Notes under the pieces: model-generated
Told to the model about the DNA's origin: nothing
The model's input: the letters and a program-made list of their open reading frames with translations, nothing else
Databases searched by the model: none
Shown: positions 1 to 9,366 of the stretch, one piece after another
Layout of the letters: every line of letters starts with the position of its first letter
How positions within the stretch are numbered: the first letter of the stretch is position 1
DNA from: Zoogloea sp.
GTDB taxonomy: Bacteria > Pseudomonadota > Gammaproteobacteria > Burkholderiales > Rhodocyclaceae
Reading direction: 5' to 3' (one strand)
Assembly (NCBI RefSeq): GCF_016703645.1
Contig: NZ_JADJBR010000009.1
Length of the DNA stretch: 64,000 nucleotides
Translations under genes and position numbers: made by a program

Positions 1-61
1 AGCCATCCAGAGCCGCAGGGGCCTCTGAATCACCGTCCAATCCCTTCAGGAGTTTCTTCAA

Positions 62-457
62 GTGGCATCCATCCCGTCTGCGGGCGCGCCCCGCGCCAAG
101 AACTGGCTCGTCTGGTTCATCGGTTTCATTGTCGTGCTCCTGGCCCTGTTGGCCGGTTACACCTGGCTGGTGCTCAACTGGAGCTATTCGACCGGCGAAC
201 GGGCAGGTTACGTCCAGAAGTTTTCCCAGAAGGGCTGGCTGTGCAAGACCTGGGAAGGCGAGATGGCCATCGTTGCCATTCCCGGCAGCCTCCCCGAGAT
301 CTTCAAGTTCACCGTGCGTGACGACGGGGTTGCCGCGATCATCAACAGCCATATGGGCAAGCGTGTTTCCATCGCCTACGAGCAGCATGTGGGTATTCCA
401 TCCACCTGCTTCGGCGAAACGGGCTACTACGTGAGCAAGATTCACGTCGTCGAGTAA
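62..457 (+). CDS. Conserved hypothetical membrane-anchored protein
   Basis: 131-aa ORF with one N-terminal hydrophobic helix followed by YSxGERAGYVQKFSxKG..CKTWEGE and a C-terminal CFGET motif; GGAG RBS upstream of GTG. Confidence 0.75.
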   Translation: MASIPSAGAPRAKNWLVWFIGFIVVLLALLAGYTWLVLNWSYSTGERAGYVQKFSQKGWLCKTWEGEMAIVAIPGSLPEIFKFTVRDDGVAAIINSHMGKRVSIAYEQHVGIPSTCFGETGYYVSKIHVVE

Positions 458-509
458 GAACCCTCGCCCGCCGGGCGTGTCGAACCGCGCTCCCCCACCG
501 GACCCTTCC

Positions 510-1712
510 ATGCCCTACATCCAGCTAGCGGCGCTCCTCGCAGCGCTCGCCACCGTCGGTCCGTTCTCGATCGACACCTATCTGCCAGCCCTTCACGCCA
601 TTGGCGAGGAGCTGAACGCCACCCCCCTCGAGGTGCAGCAAACCCTCACCGCCTACATGCTGCCCATGGGGGCCATGGTGCTCTGGCACGGCGCCTTTTC
701 CGACGCCTGGGGGCGCAAGCCGGTGATCGTCGTCTCCATGTTGCTCTTCGCGCTGGCGTCCCTGGTGTGCGTGTTTGCCGGCAGCATCGAGACCCTGCTG
801 GTGGGCCGGGCTCTCCAGGGCATCAGCGCCGGTGCCGGCATGGTGGTAGGCCGGGCGGTGGTGCGGGACATCATGGAAGGGCCCCGGGCCCAGCGCCTGA
901 TGAGCCACGTGAGCATGGCCTTCGCCCTCGGGCCGGCCATCGCCCCCATCCTCGGCGGCTGGATCCACACGGCCTTCGGCTGGCGCGCCGTGTTCGTCTT
1001 CCTGGCTCTGCTGGGGCTGGCGCTGGCGGCATTGAGCGCCTGGCGGCTCGCCGAAAGCCACCCGGTCGAGGCGCGCCACCCCCTCCACCTGCGCCCCCTG
1101 GCCCGCCGCTACCGGGCCGTGTTCGCCTCGCCGGGCTTCCTGCTGCTGAGCATCGCAGTAAGCCTCAACTTCAACGGTTTCTTCATCTATGTCTTGTCGG
1201 CCCCGGTGTTCCTGATGCGGCATCTGGGCCTCGGCGAAACCGAGTTCGGCTGGATGTTCATCCCCGGGGTGATCGGCATGATGGCCGGATCGGGCCTGTC
1301 CGCCCGCCTCGCCGGGCGCCTGTCCCAGGCCCGCACCATCCGCCTGGGCTTCGCCCTGATGCTGGGTGCCGCCGGCCTCAACCTGGCCGTGAGCTACCTG
1401 CTCCCTGCCGGCCTGCCCCAGTCGGTACTGCCCATCATGGCCTACAACTTCGGCATGGCCATTGCCATGCCCAGCCTGACCCTGCTGGCACTGGATCATT
1501 TCCCCACCCACCGTGGGCTGGCCTCTAGCTGCCAGAGCTTCGTGCAGATGGTAATCAGCTCGGTCACCGCCGGCATCGTGGCGCCAGCCCTGTGGGGCTC
1601 GGTCGGCAGCCTCGCCTTCGGCATGACGGCCATGCTGCTGCTCGGGCTCACCTGCTTCACCGCCTGGTGGTGGTTCTTTCACCGCCGCCGTCATGAAGCA
1701 GGTCCGGCATGA
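510..1712 (+). CDS. Bcr/CflA-family MFS multidrug efflux transporter
   Basis: About 12 hydrophobic segments, SIDTYLPAL and DAWGRKPV (MFS motif A); ATG at 510 preferred over GTG at 477. Confidence 0.9.
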   Translation: MPYIQLAALLAALATVGPFSIDTYLPALHAIGEELNATPLEVQQTLTAYMLPMGAMVLWHGAFSDAWGRKPVIVVSMLLFALASLVCVFAGSIETLLVGRALQGISAGAGMVVGRAVVRDIMEGPRAQRLMSHVSMAFALGPAIAPILGGWIHTAFGWRAVFVFLALLGLALAALSAWRLAESHPVEARHPLHLRPLARRYRAVFASPGFLLLSIAVSLNFNGFFIYVLSAPVFLMRHLGLGETEFGWMFIPGVIGMMAGSGLSARLAGRLSQARTIRLGFALMLGAAGLNLAVSYLLPAGLPQSVLPIMAYNFGMAIAMPSLTLLALDHFPTHRGLASSCQSFVQMVISSVTAGIVAPALWGSVGSLAFGMTAMLLLGLTCFTAWWWFFHRRRHEAGPA

Positions 1713-2392
1713 ACTGGGCCGAGAGCATTGACCTGTACTGTGAGCGCACCGACGCCAGCCTGTGGTCGGAGCCCCTCAACGCAATCAGCAATCTCGGTTT
1801 TCTGCTGATCGCCGTCCTGCTCTGGAAACGGGCGAGCGGAAAAGGGCGGGATCTGCAATCCCTCGCCGGGCTGGTTTTCGCCGTCGGGCTGGGCAGCCTG
1901 GTCTTCCATACGGTGGCCACCCGCTGGGCGGCGCTGCTGGACATCGCCTTCATCGCGCTGTTCGTGCTGATCTTTCACCAGCGCTTCCAGGTTCGCGTGC
2001 TGGGTACCGGCGACGGAAAGGCCTGGGCGGGGACGGCCGCATTCGTGGCACTGGCAGCCCTCTTTGTGGCGGCAACGCGAGGCCTGCCACCGCTCCCCCT
2101 CAACGGCTCGGAGATCTACCTGCCCCCCTTCGCGCTGCTGCTGTGGTGCGCCCGGGCTGCCCGCCGGACTCAACCCGCCAGTGCGCGCTGGCTGACCCGG
2201 GCCGCGGGGCTGTTCGTCATCAGCCTGGTCTGCCGGACCAGTGACACCTTGCTCTGCGGCATCTGGCCCGTCGGCACCCACGTGGGCTGGCACCTGGTCA
2301 ATGCTGGGGTACTGTACTGCTGCATGTGTGCCCTGCTGGCGGTGTCAGCGCCACCGAGCGTACCCGCTACGCACCACGCGCCGCGGGTCTGA
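1709..2392 (+). CDS. Ceramidase-domain (CREST superfamily) membrane protein
   Basis: N-terminal YCER..EPLNAISN motif, GSLVFH and C-terminal THxGWH metal-binding histidines; ATGA overlap with the MFS gene. Confidence 0.8.
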   Translation: MNWAESIDLYCERTDASLWSEPLNAISNLGFLLIAVLLWKRASGKGRDLQSLAGLVFAVGLGSLVFHTVATRWAALLDIAFIALFVLIFHQRFQVRVLGTGDGKAWAGTAAFVALAALFVAATRGLPPLPLNGSEIYLPPFALLLWCARAARRTQPASARWLTRAAGLFVISLVCRTSDTLLCGIWPVGTHVGWHLVNAGVLYCCMCALLAVSAPPSVPATHHAPRV

Positions 2393-2452
2393 CTCCGCCC
2401 ACGGCCTTGCCAATCCGGCTGCGCTGCACACACCCGGGTTCAACACGGCGGG

Positions 2453-2609
2453 GCTGGCGGGCTCCGGCTCACCGTTGACGGTTGCCGGCACGGGAGCCCG
2501 CCGGCCACCGTCGGATGGCGGACAGCATTGCGGAAGCCCTTCCGGCCCACGTGATCGGCCGGCAGATCACGCCGGGAGCGAAAGGGAGAGCCCTGGCCGG
2601 GGCTCCCGG
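2453..2609. repeat. Cluster of inverted repeats between convergent genes
   Basis: GCTGGCGGGCTCC(2453-2465)/GGAGCCCGCCGGC(2493-2505); GTGATC(2551-2556)/GATCAC(2565-2570); CCGGGAGC(2572-2579)/GCTCCCGG(2602-2609). Confidence 0.55.
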
Positions 2610-2614
2610 GTGCT

Positions 2615-3871
2615 TTAACTGAAGCTGTCGGCGAACAGGTTGTTGGCCCAGCCGAACATGTCCTCGTAGTGATCGCCGGATGGGGCCGGGGCTTCGGCAA
2701 GGGTGTTGGGCACCGGCTTCATCAGCCCAGTGGCGGCGTCATAGCCAAACACCACCGTCAGCCAGGAGGCGGTCTTTGAGGTGATCGGGCTATAACAGGC
2801 CGAGCTGGTCATCGGTGCCGGGTCCGGTGCCTCACCGGCGAAATAGCGGATCAAGGCATCGGCGCACACCTTGGCCTGGGAGTTGGCCATGTGGCCCGAC
2901 TTGGGCTGACCCGTCCCCTGGGAATCACCGATCACGTGAATGTGCGGCACCACGGTCGACTCATAACTCAGCGGATTGACTGGCGCCCAGCGTGTTGCGG
3001 GATTGGTGCCGAGCAGACCAGCCGCGACAACGAGCTTTCCGGCCTTCTGGGGCGGGATGATGTTGGCGCCATCGGCACGGATCGGTCCCCAGTTGGTATG
3101 GATCGTCTTGTTGGCCCAGTCCACCGAGCTCACCACGCTGTTCGGGCGGTACTCGATCACGCTGGCATAGGTGGTCCGGAAAGCCGTATGGAAGGTGTGG
3201 GGCTCGGCCACCACGTCGTTGTTGGCGTCCAGCACGATGACACGCCCGGCACGACGCCGGCGCAGTAGGGAGTCGGCCAGCAGACAGGCCCGTTCGTACG
3301 GCCCCGGTGGGCAACGATAGGGCGCCGGCGGAATGGACATGACGAAGGTGCCACCCGCGGGCACCGCATCCAGTTGGCCCTTCAGGGCCAGGGTCTGGGG
3401 GCCGGCCTGCCAGGCGTGGGGCAGCACGGCGGTGTCCAGGCCCGGCACCGCATCAAAATCGATGCCCGGAGCCAGCACCAATTTGTCGTAGGGGATGCGG
3501 CTTCCGTTCTGGGTGGTCACGATGCGGTTCACCGCATCAATCCCGACGGCCCGGTCGGCCACCAGGCTCACCCCGTACTTGCTGCGCAGAGTGTCGTAGC
3601 GCAGGGTGATGGCATTCATGCCCAGCGCCCCGGTCATCACCAGGTTGCTGAGAATGCACGAGACGTGGCTGGGATTCGGCTCGATCAGCGTGACCTGGAT
3701 CTTCGGGTTCCACATGCGGACATACTTGGCCAGCGTTGCGCCGGCAAAGCCGCCACCGATCACGACAACCCGGGGTGCGGCCACCTGGGCACGGGCAAGG
3801 AGGGGCACGGAGCCGGCGGCAGCGAGTGCACCGGAGGCCTGCAGGAGTTTGCGACGATTGTGCGAAAACAT
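2615..3871 (-). CDS. fccB: Flavocytochrome c sulfide dehydrogenase, flavoprotein subunit (FccB/SoxF-like)
   Basis: Tat signal (NRRKLL), GGGFAG FAD-binding motif, YRCPPGPYERA, QPKSGHMANSQAK and C-terminal SACYS cysteine. Confidence 0.85.
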   Translation of the reverse strand: MFSHNRRKLLQASGALAAAGSVPLLARAQVAAPRVVVIGGGFAGATLAKYVRMWNPKIQVTLIEPNPSHVSCILSNLVMTGALGMNAITLRYDTLRSKYGVSLVADRAVGIDAVNRIVTTQNGSRIPYDKLVLAPGIDFDAVPGLDTAVLPHAWQAGPQTLALKGQLDAVPAGGTFVMSIPPAPYRCPPGPYERACLLADSLLRRRRAGRVIVLDANNDVVAEPHTFHTAFRTTYASVIEYRPNSVVSSVDWANKTIHTNWGPIRADGANIIPPQKAGKLVVAAGLLGTNPATRWAPVNPLSYESTVVPHIHVIGDSQGTGQPKSGHMANSQAKVCADALIRYFAGEAPDPAPMTSSACYSPITSKTASWLTVVFGYDAATGLMKPVPNTLAEAPAPSGDHYEDMFGWANNLFADSFS

Positions 3872-3888
3872 GATCTATCCCTTCAGGC

Positions 3889-4269
3889 TCAGTCGTCGCC
3901 CCGCGACTTGTTCCGGCTGGCGGTGCCGGTCGTCGGGGTGGTCGAGGTCGTGGTGGAAACCTTGCCGGAGGTGGCAAAGTAGCGGGCGATGAGCCGGATC
4001 TGCGCATCGGTATAGCCAGCCGCCTGACGGTGCATGATCTCGTCCGGCTTGATCCTGGCCTTCATCTCGATCAGCTCCTTGTAGATCTCGCCCTCACTCT
4101 CGCCGGCAAGCTTCTCCATGCCGGACACGGCCTGACCGTTGGTGCCATGGCACTGGGCACACTGGGATGCCAGCAGGCGGCCGGCCGGCGGTGCGCCGTG
4201 GGCCGCAGCCGTGGCCATCAACAAGGCCAGCGCGGACGCGCCGGACAGGTACTTCCGGATCTGTTTCAT
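3889..4269 (-). CDS. Monoheme c-type cytochrome (FccA-like partner)
   Basis: Signal peptide, CAQCH heme motif, IMHRQAAGY distal Met region; immediately upstream of fccB. Confidence 0.85.
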   Translation of the reverse strand: MKQIRKYLSGASALALLMATAAAHGAPPAGRLLASQCAQCHGTNGQAVSGMEKLAGESEGEIYKELIEMKARIKPDEIMHRQAAGYTDAQIRLIARYFATSGKVSTTTSTTPTTGTASRNKSRGDD

Positions 4270-4318
4270 GTTTTCTCCTCCTCCTGGATGCCCGCAGGGG
4301 CGGGCACACCCAAAAAAT

Positions 4319-5521
4319 CTAGTGTTCGAACTCGATCCGCGCGGCGACGATGGCCCCGCTGCCGCTGTCGAAACGGCCCTTCACCTCCACATGGCGGCCA
4401 TTCGCCAGCTCAGCCCGGGTGCCACCCTCGAAGATCACCGCGCCGCCGGCGTCGATCCACTGGCCGCGGAGGCGGAAGCGCTGGGTGAGCGGGTCAAAGT
4501 CCTGCATCACGCCGCTCAGGTCGAAGGCCTCGTCATCGGACGCGTCCTCGTCGCTGCTCTCCACCTCCCGGGCGACCAGAACGCCGTTGCGCACGAAACC
4601 CTCCACCTCCACCCGCAGCCCCACCGCCAGCGGGCCGTCAATGCGGGCGGCGCTGGCATCCACGTGGACGCCATCAACGACGAAGGCCGTCTGGGTGCTC
4701 AGGCTGGAGATGCTGCCTTCGAGCTTGCTTTCGCCGCTGGTCAGCATCGCGCGCTGGGCAGGCAACACGCCCTCCACACGCCAGACACCACCCGACGGAA
4801 GGCGCGAGCCAGACACCTGGACGAGAGCACCTTCGGCGAGGGCCGACAGCTCACTGGCGGGTACCGCTGCGTAGTTGATGAGGACCCCAGCCAGCGTGAA
4901 ACGACGCTGCACGCCGTCGAGCCCGCTCACCGACCCACGCAGCTTGAAAGCGCCGGGCTGACTCCGCGGCTCGATGCGGGTGGCCGTGTAGGCACCGGCT
5001 GCAGCGTTGTAGCCGCCGTAAACCTCCACCACGTCGCCGGGCCTCAGCGCAGCAAGACCCGCCAGGCGCTCATCGAAGACCGTGGAGGCCTTGACGCTGA
5101 CGCTGGCGCCAAGGACGGTGAAACGACCGCCCGCCAGATCGACGCTCTCCACCGGGCCCACCAGCTCGCTGCCGTAGCGGATGCTCTCCGCCACGCCGCT
5201 GCCCGCCACGAAGTCGGCACTGCCGCGGATGGTGGTGACCATGCCCAGCTTCAAGGCATCGCGGCCGCGCACATTGCCCTCTTCGTCGGTGACCACGGCG
5301 TGGCTGTCTTCGTAGCGCACCCCGGCGACGATCACCGAACCAAAGCCCGAGATCGGCCCCATGGAGACAACACTCGACACGGTACCCGTGCCGCCGGTCC
5401 CGACGCCGGCCATGTCCCCACTGCCACTCCCGCCACAGGCCATCAACACCACCGTCACGAGGATGGCCGCCAGCCACCCGGACAGTCCGCTGCGGCCGAC
5501 ACGACAACGCGCCCCCATCAT
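4319..5521 (-). CDS. DUF5666-domain lipoprotein
   Basis: Lipobox LMAC, GVGTGGTG, MGPISGFGSVIVAG, then repeated OB-like units (G.V..VD....RFTV.G..V). Confidence 0.75.
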   Translation of the reverse strand: MMGARCRVGRSGLSGWLAAILVTVVLMACGGSGSGDMAGVGTGGTGTVSSVVSMGPISGFGSVIVAGVRYEDSHAVVTDEEGNVRGRDALKLGMVTTIRGSADFVAGSGVAESIRYGSELVGPVESVDLAGGRFTVLGASVSVKASTVFDERLAGLAALRPGDVVEVYGGYNAAAGAYTATRIEPRSQPGAFKLRGSVSGLDGVQRRFTLAGVLINYAAVPASELSALAEGALVQVSGSRLPSGGVWRVEGVLPAQRAMLTSGESKLEGSISSLSTQTAFVVDGVHVDASAARIDGPLAVGLRVEVEGFVRNGVLVAREVESSDEDASDDEAFDLSGVMQDFDPLTQRFRLRGQWIDAGGAVIFEGGTRAELANGRHVEVKGRFDSGSGAIVAARIEFEH

Positions 5522-6414
5522 GGCCGGATCTCCCCGTCGTCCGGGTCAGAAGGGGATGGCCTCGCCATGGGCGCCGAGTAGCTGTAAAGACCGATCCGAA
5601 CACGCTGCTGCCGGGGTCGCCCGAGCTTGCGGTCCTCCTCGATGAGTCCTTCCAGCACAGGGACGGCAGCCTTCATCAGGCGCGCCCAACTGCCCAGCAC
5701 CATGCGCCGCACGGCCTCCAACGACTCCAGCGACAACTCGTCGGCAAATACGGCCTGCTCGAAGTGCGGCGGCTCCGCAGCGATCACGTTGCTGACCGCC
5801 GCGCTAAGGTGATCGCCAACGTTGTCCCCGAGAAAACCCAGCATCGCCGCCTGGGCGTCGTTCGGCACAAAGGTGTTGCGCACCAGCACAACCTGGTCGG
5901 TCTCCCCATCCAGCCGGGCAATGCCCAGCCGGCACAACTCGTCGAGCAGGCTGCGTGGATGCACGTCCCGGGTCACCGAGTGGGCCAGGCTTTCAAAGCT
6001 GGGCTCTCCCTGCGCCTGCGGCAGGCGCGGCAAGGGCCGCGGAACACCATTCCCGTCGCAGCACGCGGGGTCGGTCAGCCAGCGGGTGAAGACTTCCGCA
6101 GCCGGCGGGTGGCGCACTTCGCGGGCATCGCGCCGGTGCTGCGTGAGACGCGTGACTTCGCGCCGGTTGAGCCCGGTGGCCACACTGATCCGGCTGACCA
6201 CGCGCGACGGTGTCTGGGCCGACTGTGCCTTCAGTGCTTCGTCCACAACCGCCTCCTTGAGCATTTCTTCCAGTGCCGCAAATGACACCCCCTGCGCCAG
6301 CGCCAGCCTGGCCATCGGCCCCAGCAAGGCACGCAAGGCATCGGCCAGGGCGGGGTCCAGGGACTGCCCACCGCCTGCCGTTCCCCGGGCAGGCCCTGCG
6401 GGATCGGCGCTCAT
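5518..6414 (-). CDS. DUF6502-family protein
   Basis: SRISVATGLNRREV, FESLAHSVTRDVHPRSLLDELCRLG, HFEQAVF motifs; ATG at 6414 preferred; overlaps the start of the DUF5666 gene. Confidence 0.75.
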   Translation of the reverse strand: MSADPAGPARGTAGGGQSLDPALADALRALLGPMARLALAQGVSFAALEEMLKEAVVDEALKAQSAQTPSRVVSRISVATGLNRREVTRLTQHRRDAREVRHPPAAEVFTRWLTDPACCDGNGVPRPLPRLPQAQGEPSFESLAHSVTRDVHPRSLLDELCRLGIARLDGETDQVVLVRNTFVPNDAQAAMLGFLGDNVGDHLSAAVSNVIAAEPPHFEQAVFADELSLESLEAVRRMVLGSWARLMKAAVPVLEGLIEEDRKLGRPRQQRVRIGLYSYSAPMARPSPSDPDDGEIRP

Positions 6415-6524
6415 TGCTTCCCCCCCGCCCGTATCCGGCACACCGGGAAACAGGATCCGCCGCCTTCGGGGCGGCCCAGCGGGTTCATGGCAAAACCTCT
6501 GACAACATGATTGCTCCAAATACT

Positions 6525-6545
6525 AAATGTGTGATTTGCACATTT
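6525..6545. promoter_or_regulatory. Palindromic operator candidate AAATGTG-N7-CACATTT
   Basis: Perfect 7-bp inverted repeat in the AT-rich region upstream of the DUF6502 operon. Confidence 0.4.
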
Positions 6546-6576
6546 CAAGACAGTGTAAGGGTTTTCTTATGTAAGT

Positions 6577-6608
6577 AAAAAATACTGCGGGGCGCCTTGG
6601 CGCCCCGC
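6577..6608 (-). terminator. Rho-independent terminator of the NUDIX gene
   Basis: GCGGGGCGCC-AA-GGCGCCCCGC hairpin followed by AGTATTTTTT on the minus strand. Confidence 0.75.
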
Positions 6609-6641
6609 ATCGACTACAGACCCGGCAGCCACGCGGCCGGT

Positions 6642-7199
6642 TCAACCCTCTCTCAACTCCCGCTCGGCCCAGTACAGGGCCGTGATGGTCTTGGCGTCGG
6701 TGATGCGCCCGTCAAACACCGCCTCCCGCGCCTCGGCCAGGCTCAGGGTCAGGATCTCCAGGAACTCGCCCTCATCCCAGGCATGCCCCACGTGCTTCAG
6801 GCCACGGGCAATGAAGATCTCGATGCGCTCGTTGGAATAGCCGATGCACGGGTGCATCACCCCCAGGTAGCGCCAGTCCTCGGTGACATGGCCGGTCTCC
6901 TCCTGCAGCTCGCGCTGCGCGCAGCGCAGGATGTCCTCACCCGGATCGATCTTGCCGGCCGGCAACTCGAGAAAGGCTCGCCCCACCGGATAGCGGAACT
7001 GGCGCTCGAACACCAGCCGTCCATCCGGCAACACCGGAATCACCACCACCGCACCGGGGTGCTTGACGTACTCCCGCAGGCCTTCCTTACCATCAGGGAG
7101 GCTGACCCTGTCCCGGAATACTTTCAGCAGGCGGCCCTCGAAAACGGCTTCCGACGAGAGGGCTTCTTCATGCAAGGGGTCCTTCATCCCGTTCTCCAT
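6642..7199 (-). CDS. nudF: ADP-ribose pyrophosphatase (NUDIX hydrolase)
   Basis: Nudix box LELPAGKIDPGEDILRCAQRELQEETG; REYVKHPGAV; TDAKT. Confidence 0.85.
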   Translation of the reverse strand: MENGMKDPLHEEALSSEAVFEGRLLKVFRDRVSLPDGKEGLREYVKHPGAVVVIPVLPDGRLVFERQFRYPVGRAFLELPAGKIDPGEDILRCAQRELQEETGHVTEDWRYLGVMHPCIGYSNERIEIFIARGLKHVGHAWDEGEFLEILTLSLAEAREAVFDGRITDAKTITALYWAERELREG

Positions 7200-7295
7200 T
7201 CCTGATCTCGCTCAAAACACAAAGACCGCAGCATGGCATCTGCGAGCCATGGCTGACCAGTCATAATCGCGCCACCTTGCACCGGAAAACGGACC

Positions 7296-7991
7296 GTGCA
7301 CGACTCCTTCCCCACCCTGCGTGACCATTTGTTAGACCCCAGCGGCGGCCTGACGTACCAGTTGCGCGCCTTCCGCTACCGCCGCAGCCTGTGGGCCGGC
7401 TTCCATGCGGCCGTGGCCGGCTGGCTGAGCGACTGGCAGCCGGACGGCTCCACCCTGGTGATTGTCGGCCCGAACGCCGGTCATGCCTTGCCGCCGGGCT
7501 TCCTGGAACGCTTCGAACAGGTCGTCGCGCTGGAACCGGACCCCATCGCGCGCCACCTGCTGGCACGGCGGCCGGATGCCCGCCGGCTACGCTTCGACAA
7601 GCTCGACTGCCTGAGCACCCCGGATGGCCTGGCCCTGCTGGCGGCACGCTTTCCCGACGCCGCCTTCCTTTTTTCCAATGTACTCGGGCAGGTCGCCGCG
7701 CCAGGCGGGAGCTGGACGGCCCTGCTCTCACGCCATCTGCAGGCACGGCACTGGGCGAGCTATCACGATGTGATCTCCACCACCCGGGTGCCGGATCATC
7801 GCGCGCCGTTGCGAAGCGCAACGGCCCCGAGCCTCGAGACCCTCCTGGCGCATTTCTGGACCCGGGGCGAGATCGCCGTGACCGACCACGAAACCCTGCA
7901 CCTGGGCGGACGCGGCGCCTTCAGCTATGCCCTGTGGCCGATCACGCCGGCACGCTGGCAGGTGGTGGAATGGGTGGTGAATCAGGCGTAG
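7296..7991 (+). CDS. Hypothetical protein (possible Rossmann/methyltransferase-like fold)
   Basis: 231-aa ORF filling the intergenic space; LVIVGPNAGH and VVALEPDP resemble SAM-MTase motifs I/II. Confidence 0.55.
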   Translation: MHDSFPTLRDHLLDPSGGLTYQLRAFRYRRSLWAGFHAAVAGWLSDWQPDGSTLVIVGPNAGHALPPGFLERFEQVVALEPDPIARHLLARRPDARRLRFDKLDCLSTPDGLALLAARFPDAAFLFSNVLGQVAAPGGSWTALLSRHLQARHWASYHDVISTTRVPDHRAPLRSATAPSLETLLAHFWTRGEIAVTDHETLHLGGRGAFSYALWPITPARWQVVEWVVNQA

Positions 7992-8548
7992 GTGTCGAGG
8001 GCAGAGCCGGTTTCCGGCGCGCGCCCCCCGCTCTCAGCCAGCCGGTAGGCCTGGGCGGGCCCGGCGGCGTCTTCATCACGGGAGCGGGTGGCCAGTTCGA
8101 CGCGGGCTTCGGCCGCCATGCTGGCGGCACGGGCGGCGATCTGGCGGTCCTGACCCGACGGGTCGGCGGGCGCCAGGGCGGCAGCGCGGATCTTCTCGGC
8201 CCGGCTCAGGGTTTCTTCGGGCGTGCGCCCGGGGGACACGTTGATGCCAACCTCGCCGCCCACGGCATAGCGTCGGCCATCGGGACCGGTCTCATAGGAA
8301 TAGCTGGCGCCGCTGGTCACCACCCCCGCCCCGGCCGCCACGTGGGCCATCTCGTGGGCACGGACTTCCCGGTCACGCTGCTTCAGTTGCTCGACCCTGT
8401 GCAGGTCGGCCTCGCTCAACCCTTGAGTCTTGCCTGGAGCATCGCCTTGCGCCTGACCCGAACGCAAGCCCGCGCCATCGGCCCGACTGGCGGGCGCGGC
8501 TGCTGAGGGACTGAATGCCGAGGACGGACCGATCGCGGAAACGGACAT
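7982..8548 (-). CDS. SprA-related family protein
   Basis: LKQRDREVRAHEMAH, YETGPDGRRYAVGGEV, AALAPADPSGQDRQIAA motifs. Confidence 0.85.
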   Translation of the reverse strand: MSVSAIGPSSAFSPSAAAPASRADGAGLRSGQAQGDAPGKTQGLSEADLHRVEQLKQRDREVRAHEMAHVAAGAGVVTSGASYSYETGPDGRRYAVGGEVGINVSPGRTPEETLSRAEKIRAAALAPADPSGQDRQIAARAASMAAEARVELATRSRDEDAAGPAQAYRLAESGGRAPETGSALDTYA

Positions 8549-8634
8549 GAGCAAACACCTGCGAACCTTGCTTTCAGCCTAGACGCTCAAGCCCCTGGCG
8601 TCAGCCCGAATGCACGGTGAACGCCAACAAGTGC

Positions 8635-9366
8635 TCACTCCCCCAGGTAGGCGGCCCGCACCTTGGGATTGGCCAGCAGATCCGCGCCCGAGCCGCTGAG
8701 GGTGATCGCCCCCGACTCCATCACGTAGGCCCGGCTCGAAAACTCCAGGGCGAGGGTGGCGTTCTGCTCCACCAGCAGCACGGTGACACCTTCGGCCGCC
8801 ACCGAGGCAATGACTTCAAAGATCTTCTCCACCACCAGCGGCGCCAGGCCCATGGAGGGCTCGTCCAGCAGCAGCAGGCGGGGGCGGGACAACAGCGCCC
8901 GGCCGATGGCGACCATCTGCTGCTCACCGCCGGAAAGGGTGCCGGCCACCTGCTGCAGGCGCTCCCTGACCCGCGGCAGCATGCCGAAGATGCGCTCCAT
9001 GTCGGCTTCCACGGCCTCGTCGTCACGCCGGCAATAGGCCCCCATGCGCAGGTTCTCCTCCACCGTCAGGCGGGTGAAGATGCCCCGCCCTTCCGGCACC
9101 AGGGCCAGGCCCTGGCGCAGGCGCTTGTGGGCCGGCAGCTTGTCGATGGCCTGACCGTCGTAGAGGATCTGCCCGCCGGCTGTACCCAGGGTGCCGGCGA
9201 TGGCGTTGAGGGTGGTGGTCTTGCCGGCGCCATTGGCCCCGATCAGGGACACCAGCTCGCCCCGGGCCAGTTCCAGACTGATGCCCTTGACAGCCTCGAT
9301 GGCGCCATAGGCCACCCGGGTGTCGCGCAGTTGCAGGATGGGAGCGGCGTTGTGGGTGGTGCTCAT
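8635..9366 (-). CDS. livF: Branched-chain amino acid ABC transporter ATP-binding protein
   Basis: GANGAGKTT, LSGGEQQM, LDEPSMGLAP; start set at MSTTH (9366). Confidence 0.95.
   Translation of the reverse strand: MSTTHNAAPILQLRDTRVAYGAIEAVKGISLELARGELVSLIGANGAGKTTTLNAIAGTLGTAGGQILYDGQAIDKLPAHKRLRQGLALVPEGRGIFTRLTVEENLRMGAYCRRDDEAVEADMERIFGMLPRVRERLQQVAGTLSGGEQQMVAIGRALLSRPRLLLLDEPSMGLAPLVVEKIFEVIASVAAEGVTVLLVEQNATLALEFSSRAYVMESGAITLSGSGADLLANPKVRAAYLGE

Noticed and set aside
62-457. 6-phosphogluconate dehydrogenase label sometimes attached to this family
   Set aside because: 131 aa with a TM anchor and no Rossmann motif cannot be that enzyme
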